Below, piece after piece: positions 35,392-46,036 of a stretch of 64,000 nucleotides of DNA (position 1 is the stretch's first letter; each line of letters begins with the position of its first letter). The notes beneath the pieces are model-generated. The model searched no databases. It worked only from the letters and a program-made list of their open reading frames with translations, and was not told the origin of the DNA. Position numbers and translations under genes: made by a program. Source of the stretch: an uncultured Phycisphaerales bacterium (GTDB taxonomy: Bacteria; Planctomycetota; Phycisphaerae; Tepidisphaerales; Tepidisphaeraceae); assembly GCA_963844715.1 (NCBI GenBank), contig CAWJPJ010000007.1, positions 352,001-416,000 on the forward strand, read 5' to 3'.

Positions 35392-36888
35392 ATGAATCAA
35401 GAACTTCAAATCCCGACCGCCCCCACAACGCCCCGAGCCGGCGTTCCAGAAATTTGTCCCCTCTCCCTGTGTACTCACGGGGAGAGGGTTAGGGTGAGGG
35501 GCGACTTTCGATCGTCGAGCGCCGCCCCTCACCCTAGCCCTCTCCCCGGAGTACCGGGGCGAGGGGACCGATGCGCGAGCCGACAACAAAAGTCACAACG
35601 TCGACAACCCCCGACGCCCCCTTCGAGGGGGCTACCTGAAGACATCCCCTATGGGGGTGGAGCTTCCCTTGTCATTCGTCATTCCAGACGAGCCTTCGCC
35701 CTAGTCCTGGTCGTCTGCGTCATGGCTCTCGCCGCCATCCTCAGCTACGCCCTCCTCGCCACCGCATCCATCCAAGCGGCTCAAAGCAACAATCAAATTG
35801 CCGCCGCCATCGCCCAAGCCCAGGCCGAATCCGGCGTCAAACTCGCCATGTATTATCTCCTCAATCCTCAATACGCCCCCAGCCTGCTCGTCAGCAATTC
35901 CGTGCCATACTGGCCCGGCACGCGCCGGGTCCCCCGTCACCTTCGCCACCACCGGCTCCCCCTCAGCCCAAATGCCCGGCTGGGTAACTATCTCCGTCAC
36001 CCCGCCCGCCAATCAGATGACGAACACCTACACCGTCGTCGCCACAGGTTACAGCTCCGGCGTTGGCGTCGACATCGGAACCGGTACCCAAGCCATCACC
36101 CGAACCATCACCGCCCAGGTTGAACTCACCTATCAAGTCCAGCAAGCCCTCGCCCTGAATCAGTCCGCCGCCCATCATCGGCTCTGGCGTCACCATCATC
36201 GGATCGCCCACTGCCATCCGCGCCGCTGGAACCCTCACCCTCGATCTCGGCGACATCCATTTCCGGCGGAATCGGCGCTCTCAATTTGCTTCAGATTCCA
36301 TCCGGATTATTCAACGGCACACTTCTCTCGGCCCCGGGCAGCGCCCCGGCCCCAACCTCCAGTTCCATCAATCACTACGCCACCTATCTCTATCAAGGAA
36401 CGATCTATTCCGCCGCGGCGTTGTCCGGCGGCACCTTGAGCAGCGGGACCATCCCCGCCTACGACCCCGTCCACAACCCTCTCAACGTCTTCTATTACAC
36501 CGGCAACATCACCCTCGCCGGCAACGTCAACTTTCAAGGCACTCTCATCGCCGTCAACGGCAACATCATCGCCCAGAGCGCTAACAACGTGATTACCGCC
36601 TACTCAACCATGCCCGCTCTTGTTGCCGACAAGTCGCTCGAAGTGAAAAGTTCAAACGCCTCCCTCACCGTCAACGGCCCCGTCTATGCCGGCAGCGGAA
36701 TCGCCTCCGGCGGCGGGATCAACACCGGTTCCAAAATCGTCATCAACGGCGGCATGCTCATCGACTCGGGTCTGGTTACCCCTCCCACAGGCTCGACCCT
36801 TTCGATCACTTACAACTCCACTTACGCCTCCGCCCCCGCGCTGAGTTCGGTCGCCAACGCGGTGCAACTGGTCTCCTGGTCCCAATGA
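35392..36888 (+). CDS. Minor pilin, PilX/GspK-like, with an unusually long leader (several indels)
   Basis: RRA|FALVLVV (no Glu+5, as in PilX/GspK) and 'AQAQAESGVKLA'. A Gly/Asn/Thr-rich beta C-terminus lies in ORF 36286..36888. Confidence 0.75.
35456..35568. repeat. About 113-bp REP/MITE-like palindromic element
   Basis: Arm 35456-35503 (GTCCCCTCTCCC...GGGAGAGGGTTAGGGTGAGGGGCG) is the near-perfect reverse complement of arm 35523-35568. Each arm has an inner hairpin centred on GTAC. A related half copy lies at 25937-25962. Confidence 0.8.
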
Positions 36889-36907
36889 ACACAAAAGAGG
36901 TGCACGG

Positions 36908-37147
36908 ATGAATACCAACAAACTTCTGAGCGCGATTCTCGTTCTTCAGATTCTGACGCTCCTCAATCAGTTCCTCGCTCCCTCGCTCCCAGCCGCGCGC
37001 GGCCAAATCCCCGACGCCGGGGCACAGCAAAATGACGTCATCCAAAATCTGCAAAACCTTAACGACAAAATGGACAAGCTGGTCGGGATTTTAGAGTCCG
37101 GGAAACTTCAGGTTCAGGTCGCAAAACCCGATGACTCACAAAAGTGA
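36908..37147 (+). CDS. Small exported protein in the pilus cluster
   Basis: Signal-peptide-like N-terminus and a short coiled coil. Confidence 0.65.
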   Translation: MNTNKLLSAILVLQILTLLNQFLAPSLPAARGQIPDAGAQQNDVIQNLQNLNDKMDKLVGILESGKLQVQVAKPDDSQK

Positions 37148-37218
37148 CGTCAGCTCGGAAGGCGATTTCACGCCCCCTCGCGGATCGTCATAAGTGATAA
37201 ATTGACAAGAGATTAAGT

Positions 37219-37782
37219 ATGACCCGGCCCCCGTCTGGTCTCGGCTCGCATTCCGCTCCACGCCGGGGATTTACGCTCATCGAAATATTATCGGTCGTCC
37301 TCATTCTGGGAATTATTTCCGTCATCGTCGTCCCCCAAATCGGCCAGCGCGGCGACCTCCAGGCCGCCGCCGCCGCGCGCGTCCTCATCTCCGACCTCAC
37401 TTACGCCCAGAACCGCGCCATCTCCACCGGCGGCTGGACCTACGTCACCTTCAGCACCGCCAATCAAAATTACACGCTCTACAGCGGCACCTCCTCCGCG
37501 CCTTCCGCCACGCCCCTGACTCACCCGGTCAATACCGGAAATTACACCATCGTCTTCGGCGGAACAGGCGCGAGCGCCCTCTCCGGGGCCACCCTCACTT
37601 CCGTCAACATCGGAAGCAACGCCTCCACCCTCGCCTTCGACTCGACAGGGATTCCCTACTCCTACGTCGGTGGCGGCGCGCCCGTCGAATTGACCAGCCC
37701 CGCGCAGGCCGTGATCTCCAGTAACAATTATTCCGTGACCGTCAGCATTGAGCCGGCCACGGGGGACATCAGTGCCCAGTGA
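37219..37782 (+). CDS. Minor pilin, FimU/GspH-like
   Basis: RG|FTLIEILSVVLILGII...AAARVLISDLTYAQNRAI. Confidence 0.88.
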   Translation: MTRPPSGLGSHSAPRRGFTLIEILSVVLILGIISVIVVPQIGQRGDLQAAAAARVLISDLTYAQNRAISTGGWTYVTFSTANQNYTLYSGTSSAPSATPLTHPVNTGNYTIVFGGTGASALSGATLTSVNIGSNASTLAFDSTGIPYSYVGGGAPVELTSPAQAVISSNNYSVTVSIEPATGDISAQ

Positions 37783-39064
37783 TCAAATTCGACCCCTGGA
37801 AATGGACCAAGCGCCAGATTCAGCCCATCGGGCTCGACATCGGCCACGACAGCATCAAGCTCATGCAGCTTGAGGTGCGCGACAATGTCCCCTGGGTCCA
37901 TCGCATGGCCCGGAAAGTTCTCATCCATGGCAGTGACGCAGCCGCCGCCCGCGACGGCGAGTTGGTCCGCCCCGAGGCCGTCGAGGTGATCCGCCAGTTG
38001 CTCGCCGACAACGATTTTCGCGGCCGCGCCGTCGTCACCGCCCTCCCGCGCCAAATCGTCCAGGTCAAGAACCTGCGCCTTCCCGTGATGCCCGCCGCCG
38101 AAATGGCCGCCGTCGTCCAGTTCGAGGCCCGCAACATCTTCACCTTCGATCAGAACGAGGGCCGCATCGACTTCATCCCCGCCGGCGAAGTTCGCCACGG
38201 CTCCGAAGTCCGCCAGGAAGTCATCGCCCTGGGCGCTAAACACGCCGACATCGACCGCTTTCTTGAGCAATTGCATCCCTCGGGCGCGGTTGTCGATTCC
38301 CTCGATGTCGAGCCGTGCGCCCTCTACCGCTGCATCGCCCGATTCGTCCGCCGCCGCGACGACGAACAGGAAATTCACGTCCTCATCGACGGCGGCATGT
38401 ACCGCACCCAGGTTCTCATCGGCAAAGGCCGCGACATCAGCTTTTATAAGTCGATCGAAATCGGTGGCGGAAAGTTCAACGAGTCCGTCAGCCGAAAATT
38501 GGGCATCACCATCCAGGAGGCCCGCACCCTGCGCCGCCGAATCGCCGCGGCGCCCGACGACACCGCGCGCGATCCCGTCCGCCAGGCCGTCTTCGACGCC
38601 ACCCGCAGCATCATGGAAGACCTCACCAAGGAAATTTCCCTCTGCCTCCGTTACTACTCTGTCACCTTCCGAGGCCAGCGTCCCAGTCGCGTCCGCCTCA
38701 TGGGCGGCGAAGCCCACGATCCCCAGCTCGTGACCATGCTGAGCGGGGCCCTTAGCATTTCCGTCGAGGCCGCGCGCCGCTCTTTAGCCTCAATTGCGCC
38801 CAAATCCCCAACCTCGACGGCGCCGCGCCCTCCGCCGAATGGTCGCTCGCCACCGGGCTCGGTCTCGAGCGCACCGAAGGAAAATTCGCCCCGCGCGACG
38901 GCACGCCTCGCTCCGCCAAGGGCCAGCCCGGCGCAGCCGAAGTCGTCGATTTGAATAGCGCGATTTCGCCCGCCGCTTCACTGGCTGGCGCCGCGCCAAA
39001 CCCCCAGGCCGAGCATTTCGCAGCCGTCCGCCGCGCGGCGGGAACGGAGTCCACCCATGCGTGA
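37779..39064 (+). CDS. pilM: PilM-like actin-fold alignment protein (frameshift near 38780)
   Basis: PIGLDIGHDSIKLMQL, VLIDGG, IEIGG, EISLCLRYY, LMGGEA. Confidence 0.88.
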
Positions 39065-39671
39065 ACTCGAATTCCTGCCCGCCTGGTATCCGGCCCTTCG
39101 ACGCCGACGCCGCATGGTCGCGTTGCAAGCCTACCTCGCCGGCGCCGTCCTGGCCGCCCTCGGCTTGTGGATGCTCCTTGCCGAGCGAAACGTCCGCGTC
39201 GCCGAGGGAGCCCTGAGCAATCTCCAGCGCCAGCTTGCCCTGACCGACGATCAGTTGCATCGCCTCAGTGAATTGCAGTCCCTCAAGCAGCAGATGTCCC
39301 AGCAGGCCGAAGTCGTCTCGCGTCTGGGTCCCCACGTCCCCGTCGCCCGCCTCATCGACGTTCTGCAGGACACCATGCCCGACGACATGGCCGTACTCGA
39401 CCTCTCCGCAGAAAATCAGTCGCAGACGAAGCAAAACACCACTCTCGCCGCGGCGGCGGGGGCCCAGCCCGTTCTCGTCCGAACCATGCTCATCCGTCTC
39501 CACGGCGTCGCCCCCAGCGACGTGGACCTCGGAAATTTCCTGGCCCGACTCTCCGCCGTCGAATATTTCAGCGACATCGCCATGACCTATTCAAAAGACC
39601 GCGTCGACAGCGGCCGCGCCATGAGGGAGTTCGAAGTCACCTTTACCATCCACCTGGATGATGGGAACTAA
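39057..39671 (+). CDS. pilN: PilN-like protein
   Basis: 'ELEFLP' (INLLP-like), TM segment, coiled coil and ferredoxin-like C-terminus; follows pilM. Confidence 0.8.
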   Translation: MRELEFLPAWYPALRRRRRMVALQAYLAGAVLAALGLWMLLAERNVRVAEGALSNLQRQLALTDDQLHRLSELQSLKQQMSQQAEVVSRLGPHVPVARLIDVLQDTMPDDMAVLDLSAENQSQTKQNTTLAAAAGAQPVLVRTMLIRLHGVAPSDVDLGNFLARLSAVEYFSDIAMTYSKDRVDSGRAMREFEVTFTIHLDDGN

Positions 39672-39674
39672 TCC

Positions 39675-40229
39675 ATGACTTCCCTCAAATCGCAAATCAA
39701 TTGGTGCCGGCGCATGCAGACGGGTCTGGTGGGCACGAGTTTGGCGCTCGTCGGGCTCTTTTACTTCGGCGGCTACCACCCCCAGATCGCCCGCCTGCGC
39801 GAACTCTCCTTCCAAATCGCCGGCGCCCGCCGCGATCTCGGCATGAGCAGCGCCCGCGCCCAGGGCCTTCCCGTCGTCGTCGCCGATATCGCGCGCCTCC
39901 GCGCCCAGCTCGCCGATTTCAAACGCCTGCCCAAAAATCTCGACCTCGGCCAGTTCGTCACCGAAATCACCGAAATGTCCCGCCGCACCAATCTTCAGAA
40001 ATTGGAATACAGCCTCAGCGGCGCTCCCCAGCAGGGCCAGCATTTCATGGTGCAACCCGTCACCCTGAAATTCCAGGGCGATTTCCTCAGCGTCTTCAGC
40101 TTTATCCAGCAGGCCGAGGACATGCAGCGCCTGACGCGCATCTCCAGCATTGCCATTCACGATTCGGATCTCACCAGCGGCTCCGTGAAGGTCGACGTCT
40201 CCATGGATTTGTATTTCTCGGAGGGATAG
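39675..40229 (+). CDS. pilO: PilO-like protein
   Basis: TM segment, coiled coil, 'RLP', 'PVTLKFQGDFLSVFSFIQQAEDMQRLTRI'. Confidence 0.85.
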   Translation: MTSLKSQINWCRRMQTGLVGTSLALVGLFYFGGYHPQIARLRELSFQIAGARRDLGMSSARAQGLPVVVADIARLRAQLADFKRLPKNLDLGQFVTEITEMSRRTNLQKLEYSLSGAPQQGQHFMVQPVTLKFQGDFLSVFSFIQQAEDMQRLTRISSIAIHDSDLTSGSVKVDVSMDLYFSEG

Positions 40230-40862
40230 ATGCCGACCCCGGCCATGAAAACCTGGTCTGACAAGCTCCTCCAGCCCGCCAAGGCTTCGCCGAAAAAATT
40301 CTCGGTGATGGTCGGCCTCGCCCTCATCCTGGTCGTCCTGGTCCTTCGTCTCGTCTTCGGTTCATCCGGCCCCTCGTCCGCCTCGGCGTCCGTCTCTAAA
40401 TTCGTTGGCGGCACGATCTCCGCCGCTCTGGGCCAATCCGCCGACTCCAACGCCCCGCAGCATATTTCCGCCCAGGAATGGGCCATCCTCGAATGGGCTC
40501 GCCAGCCCATCGTCCCCCTCAAACGCAATTTCTTCGCCGTCCCGCTCGATGACTATCGCCGCGACGGCGACCAGGCCCCCGAGTTATCGGTCGGCGCCGG
40601 ATTTTGGGACCGGCTCGCAAAGTCCCTCACAGCCCATGCCGATCAACAGGAACAGCGGCAGATCCTCATCGAGAACGTCCGGATCATGGCCGCTTCGCTC
40701 AAATTGCAATCCATCGTCATGGGCAACCAGCCCAGCGCGATGGTCAATGGCGAAGTGGTCACCGAAGGATCCGATATCGCCGGTTTCCACGTTCTGCGCA
40801 TCGAGCCGCGAACGCTCATCGTCGAACGACAAGGTGTTCGCCTCGCGATCGTCATGGAATAG
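40230..40862 (+). CDS. PilP/GspB/GspC-like accessory protein
   Basis: TM segment plus C-terminal 'LKLQSIV...AMVNGEVVTEGSDIAGFHVLRI'; sits between pilO and the secretin. Confidence 0.65.
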   Translation: MPTPAMKTWSDKLLQPAKASPKKFSVMVGLALILVVLVLRLVFGSSGPSSASASVSKFVGGTISAALGQSADSNAPQHISAQEWAILEWARQPIVPLKRNFFAVPLDDYRRDGDQAPELSVGAGFWDRLAKSLTAHADQQEQRQILIENVRIMAASLKLQSIVMGNQPSAMVNGEVVTEGSDIAGFHVLRIEPRTLIVERQGVRLAIVME

Positions 40863-40898
40863 GTCCCGCCGTGTCTTGCTGGTGCTAAGGATTGGTTA

Positions 40899-42894
40899 TG
40901 CGCGAATGGACCCCCTCCGCCGGGATTATTTTTTTGCTCGGCTGGTCCGTTTATATGGATCAGGCAAACTTTGCCGCGCGCAGGTTCATCTTATCAGCGA
41001 CGGCTCAACCGACGTCCCCGCAACCCAGCCCGCCGAAGCAGCCGGTCCCAAGGTCGTCATGAACGACTCCGGGACCTTCAGCATTCAAATCAACAGCGGC
41101 GTCGATCTCCTCCAGGTCCTCCGCATGATCGCCAACCAGGCCCAGATCAGCATCATCCCCGGCAAGGATGTCAAAGGCACCGTCCCCGCGATGGATCTCT
41201 ACAACGTCAGCGTCTATGAAGCACTCGACGCCATCCTCCAGACCAACGGAATGCACTGGAAAAAGCAGGGCAATTTCATTTACGTTTACACGCAGCAGGA
41301 TTGGGACAAGCTGATTAAAGCCAGCCACGTCCGCCAGACCAAGGTTTACACGCTCTATTACGTCACCGCCCAGGACGCCGCCGATCTGATCAAGCCCGCT
41401 CTCAGCGGCGACGCCCAGATTCAAACCACCAAGGCCACCCAGACCGGCCTCTCCGCCGTCACCGCCGACGCCACCTCCTCCGACTCCACCGGTGACACCG
41501 GCGGCGACGCCATGGCCGGCGTCGATATGATCGTCGTCAGCGACTACCCCGAAAATCTCGCCCAGGTCGATCAGATCATCGCCAAGATCGACCGCCGCCC
41601 ACAGCAAGTCCTCGTCGAGGCCACCATCCTCGAAGCCACCCTGAACGAAAATAACGCAATGGGAATCGACTTCTCCTTCATGGGCGGCGTCGACATGGAT
41701 ACCCTCCTCTCCAACGGTCTGGGCATCTCCAGCGCCCTCAGCGGGAATATCCTCAACCCCTCCTCCAGCACCGGCGCCACCTCCGGCACCGGGACGGGCA
41801 CCGGCACCAGCTCCACCCCGGCCCCCGTCGTCGCCAACGGCTACGCCGGTTTCACCACCGGAAATTTCGACACCCAGGTCCCCAACGGCGGCCTCCAGGT
41901 CGGCATCGTCAAAAACAACCTCGGCGTCTTCATCTCCGCCCTCGAAGCCGTCACCGACGCGACCATCCTCGCCAACCCCAAAGTTCTCGTCCTCAACAAA
42001 CAGCCCGGCGATGTCCACGTCGGCCAGGAACTCGGCTATCAAACCACCACCGTCACCCAAACCACTTCGACGCAAACCGTCCAATATCTCGACACCGGAA
42101 CCATCCTCACCTTCCGCCCCTTCATCGGCGACGACGGATACATCCGCATGGAGATCCACCCCGAAGACTCCACCGGAGTCCTCGTCAACAATCTCCCCCA
42201 GAAAACCACCACCGAAGTCACCAGCAATATCATGGTCAAGGACGGCAGCACCATCGTGATCGGCGGTCTCTTCCGTGAAAATAGCCAAACCACCCGCAAC
42301 CAGGTTCCCCTCCTCGGCAGCCTCCCCTTCGCCGGCCCCCTATTCCGCAGCAAGGCCGATACAACCCAGCGCCAAGAGATCATCATTCTCCTGACGCCTC
42401 ACATCGTGAAAGACGACGCCGCCTACGGCCGAATGGGCGAGCAGGAACTCCGCGAAGCCGAACGCCTCCGCGTCGGCGTCCGCAAGGGCATGATGTGGTT
42501 CGGCCGCGAACGCCTCGCCGAATCCTGCTACGAAGACGCCGTTGACGAGATGAACAAGCCCCACCCCGACATCGACAAGGCGATCTGGCACCTCAACTGC
42601 GCCATCAATCTCAATCCAAAATTCAGCGAAGCGATTGCGATGAAGGAGCAACTCACCGGCAAGGAAGTCACCGACGTCGACAACAGCACCATCCGCTCCT
42701 TCGTCCAGCGCGCCATCATCGAAGACACCGCGCCCCCCGCGACCGAGCCCGCGGCCTTCGTCCCCCAACTCCGTCCCGCCCCGATCGTTATGACTCCCGC
42801 CGCGCCGCCGACTCCGAAACTCGAGATCAAGGTCCTCAACGACACCACACAGCCGTCCAACGCCAACGTCGACGCCGACGATGACCGGGAATAA
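40899..42894 (+). CDS. Secretin (PilQ/GspD family) with a C-terminal TPR-like extension; start uncertain
   Basis: IDRRPQQVLVEATILE, ILANPKVLVLN, DTGTILTFRP, VKDGSTIVIGGL, VPLLGSLPFAGPLFRS, EIIILLTPHIV. Confidence 0.93.
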
Positions 42895-42898
42895 ACCC

Positions 42899-44082
42899 AT
42901 GCGAAAGCTTTGCCTATTCATTCTGATCGTCACCCCTCTCCTGGCCGCTTGCAGCCAGCACAAGGACCCCAGCGAGCAGGCCCTGGCTGAGAAGCGCTGG
43001 AACGCCGCGCACAGCGCCGTCCTCCTCGGCCTGGCCCGCGACCAATACGACAACCAGAATTTCGACAAAGCCCGCCAGACTGTCGACGAATCCCTCAAAA
43101 TGTCCCCCGATTCCGCCCCCGCCCACATCCTCTCCGCCAAGCTCTATATCGAGCAGGGCCAGCTCGAGGCCGCCGAACGTGAACTCGCCTCCGCCCGGCA
43201 GCTCGATCCCACCAACGCCGAATGCGACTACTACTCCGGCGTCATCTACCAGCGCTGGCAGCAGCCCCAGGACGCCCTCAAATTTTATGAACAAGCCAAC
43301 ACCAAGGCCCCCGCCGAATTGGCTTATCTCCTCGCCCGCGCCGAAATGCTCGTCGCCCTCGATCACCGCGACGAAGCCCTCGCTCTCCTCCAGGAAAAAG
43401 TCACTTACTACGAACACAGCGGCGCCATTCGCGACGCCGTAGGCCTGCTCCTCATTCAGGATCATCGCCTCCCCGAAGCCGTCGAGATGCTCCGCCGCGC
43501 CAGCATCCTCTCGCCCGACGATCTGACGATCCGCGAGCACCTGGGCCTGGCCATGGTCCAGGCCAAGAAATATTCCGACGCCATCGATGTCCTCTCCCCG
43601 CTCCTTCAGCAGACCGCCTACGCGAATCGCGGCGATCTCTGGGCCGCCCTCGGCGAAAGCGAACTCGCCGTCGGCCGGGTCAGCGACGCCGTCGTCTCCC
43701 TCTCCACAGCCTCCGACTCCCTCGACAATTCCCCCGGCGTCTGGCTCAGCCTCGGCAACGCCCAGATGCAGCAGGGCAATCTCCGCATGGCCGAAGTCTC
43801 CCTCCGCCGCTCCATCGCGCTCGATCCGCAGAATTCACAGACCCACCTCCTCCAGGGATACATTCAGTTCCGCCAGGGGCAATTATCTGATGCCCTCGAT
43901 TCGTTCACCGCCGCCAATCGCCTCGCCCCGGCGGACACCGTCAATCTCTGCATGGTCGGCCTCACCCTCCAGAAGCTCGGACGCGCCCCGAGGCCGCCGC
44001 CTTCTATCAGCGCGCTCTCCAGCTCAGTCCCGGCGATGAAATGGCCGCCCAACTTATGGCACGCCTCGATTCGCACGAATAA
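42899..44082 (+). CDS. TPR lipoprotein, pilotin-like (frameshift near 43990)
   Basis: Lipobox LLAAC and multiple TPR repeats; directly after the secretin. Confidence 0.8.
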
Positions 44083-44159
44083 ACATGTAGCGGACCGCGC
44101 TCGCCCGCGCGTCCGATAAGTTCGCGCCGGAAAAATCCCCGCAATGGGGAGGAGTCGTT

Positions 44160-45590
44160 GTGCGTCGCGGCAAAGCCCTGTCGATCCTAACCCTCGCCTT
44201 CGTGGCGGGCGGAATAATCTGCTTCTCCTCCAGCCTCGGCGAGGCCCTTCACGGCGACGCGCGCCTCCAGGTCGGCATCGCCGGCTCCATCATGTTCGTC
44301 CTCGGCGCCGGCACCGCCCTCACCGCCATCACGCTCCTCCGCCGCGACTGCCGATTCCTCGTCGCCGCCATCCAGCGCATGACCAACGACGGCCGCCTCG
44401 ACGTCCTCCGCACCACCAACCCCGAAATCCGCCCCCTCATCACCGCCGTCAATGAAATGGTCGAAACCGCCGACCGCAGCGTCTCCGAAGCCGTCCTCCG
44501 CATGAAGGAACTCGAAATTCAGTTGAAGGTCGCCACCGCCCAGCGCCAGCACGCGGAAGCCATCCTCTACAGCATTTCCGACGCCGTGTTCGTCACCGAC
44601 ACCTTCGACGAACTCGTCCTCGCCAACGAAGCCGCCGCTCGAACCTTCCAGTTCGACCTCGAACGTTCCAGGCGTCTCCCCATCAATCAGGTCATCGCCG
44701 ACGAAAAACTCGTCGAACTCGTCCGCGACATGCGCCAAAGCAACAGCAGCACCGGCCGCCGCATCGTCGAACATCGCGTCAAGAACGACCGCGAGGAAAA
44801 AATCTTCAAAGTCACTCTCTCCGCCGTCGCCGACAACAACGACATGCCCGCCGGCGTCGTCGCCGTCCTCCACGATATGACCCGCGAAAAAGAAGTCGCC
44901 GAACTCAAGAACGACTTCGTCTCCAGTGTCAGCCACGAACTCCGCACCCCCCTGGCCAGCATCAAGGCCTACGTCGAAATGCTCATCGACGGCGAAGCCG
45001 ACAACGAAAAAACCGAGCACGAGTTCTACGAAGTCATCCAGAACGAGGCCAACCGACTCTCCCGGCTCATCGACAACATCCTCAATATTTCCAGGATCGA
45101 ATCCGGCCTCGTCCAGATCAATAAACAGCCCCAGAGCCTCGCCGTCATCCTCAAGGAAGCCATCGAGGTCATCGCCCCCCAGGCGAAATCGAAACAGATC
45201 AATCTCAATGAACAGTTGACCCCCGTCTTTTATCAGACCCTCGCCGACCGCGACATGCTTTATCAGGCCGTCCTTAATCTTTTGAGCAATGCTGTGAAAT
45301 ATACGCCCGAGGGAGGCACCATCACGGTTCTAACCCTCGTCGACGAGGCCAAACGCAAGGTTATCACACGTATTTCTGATACTGGAGTAGGGATTCCGCC
45401 CAAGGACCTCCCTTTTGTGTTCGATAAGTTCTATAGGGCGGAGGCTAACAATCACATGGCCAAGGGAACCGGCCTCGGCCTGTCCCTGGTCAAGCACATT
45501 GTGGAAACCGTCCATCGTGGCCGAATCTTCGTCGAAAGCCACGTAGGCAAGGGAAGTTGTTTTGGTTTTGAGCTGGACCTCTGCGAGTAA
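44160..45590 (+). CDS. Membrane PAS sensor histidine kinase (PhoR/WalK-like)
   Basis: Two TM segments, HAMP-like and PAS regions; SHELRTPL, NLLSNAVKY, DTGVGI, FDKFYR, GTGLGL. Confidence 0.95.
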   Translation: MRRGKALSILTLAFVAGGIICFSSSLGEALHGDARLQVGIAGSIMFVLGAGTALTAITLLRRDCRFLVAAIQRMTNDGRLDVLRTTNPEIRPLITAVNEMVETADRSVSEAVLRMKELEIQLKVATAQRQHAEAILYSISDAVFVTDTFDELVLANEAAARTFQFDLERSRRLPINQVIADEKLVELVRDMRQSNSSTGRRIVEHRVKNDREEKIFKVTLSAVADNNDMPAGVVAVLHDMTREKEVAELKNDFVSSVSHELRTPLASIKAYVEMLIDGEADNEKTEHEFYEVIQNEANRLSRLIDNILNISRIESGLVQINKQPQSLAVILKEAIEVIAPQAKSKQINLNEQLTPVFYQTLADRDMLYQAVLNLLSNAVKYTPEGGTITVLTLVDEAKRKVITRISDTGVGIPPKDLPFVFDKFYRAEANNHMAKGTGLGLSLVKHIVETVHRGRIFVESHVGKGSCFGFELDLCE

Positions 45591-45616
45591 TCGCCCAGGT
45601 CCGCGAGGGAGAAAAA

Positions 45617-46003
45617 ATGGCGGCGAAGAAAATACTCGTAGCCGACGACGAGAGCCACATCCTCAACGTGGTCTCTCTAAAACTGCGCAACGCGGGTTTC
45701 GAAGTGGTGACCGCGTCTGATGGGCTCGAAGCGCTCGAGCTGGCGCAGACCGAACGTCCGGACCTCCTGATCACGGACTATCACATGCCGCAGCTCTCCG
45801 GCCTGGAATTGTGCCAACGGCTCAAACAGGACCCGCTGACTGCGAAAATCCCCGCGATCATGCTGACCGCTCGTGGCTATCAGCTCGACGCGCAGGACAC
45901 CGAACAGAACGGAATCTTGCGAATGCTCAGCAAGCCGTTCAGCCCGCGGCATCTGCTCAGCACCGTTAACGAGGTGCTCGCCGCCGCGGGCACGGCCGCC
46001 TAA
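45617..46003 (+). CDS. Single-domain response regulator
   Basis: ILVADDE, LLITDYHMP, MLTA, KPF. Confidence 0.95.
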   Translation: MAAKKILVADDESHILNVVSLKLRNAGFEVVTASDGLEALELAQTERPDLLITDYHMPQLSGLELCQRLKQDPLTAKIPAIMLTARGYQLDAQDTEQNGILRMLSKPFSPRHLLSTVNEVLAAAGTAA

Positions 46004-46036
46004 AAGGAAGGCGCCGCAAAATGCTGGTTGTTGTAT

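Noticed and set aside
40405..40898. 829-aa secretin starting at 40405
   Set aside because: The extension overlaps the PilP/GspB-like gene in another frame and looks non-coding. The true start is probably near 40899, possibly obscured by an indel.
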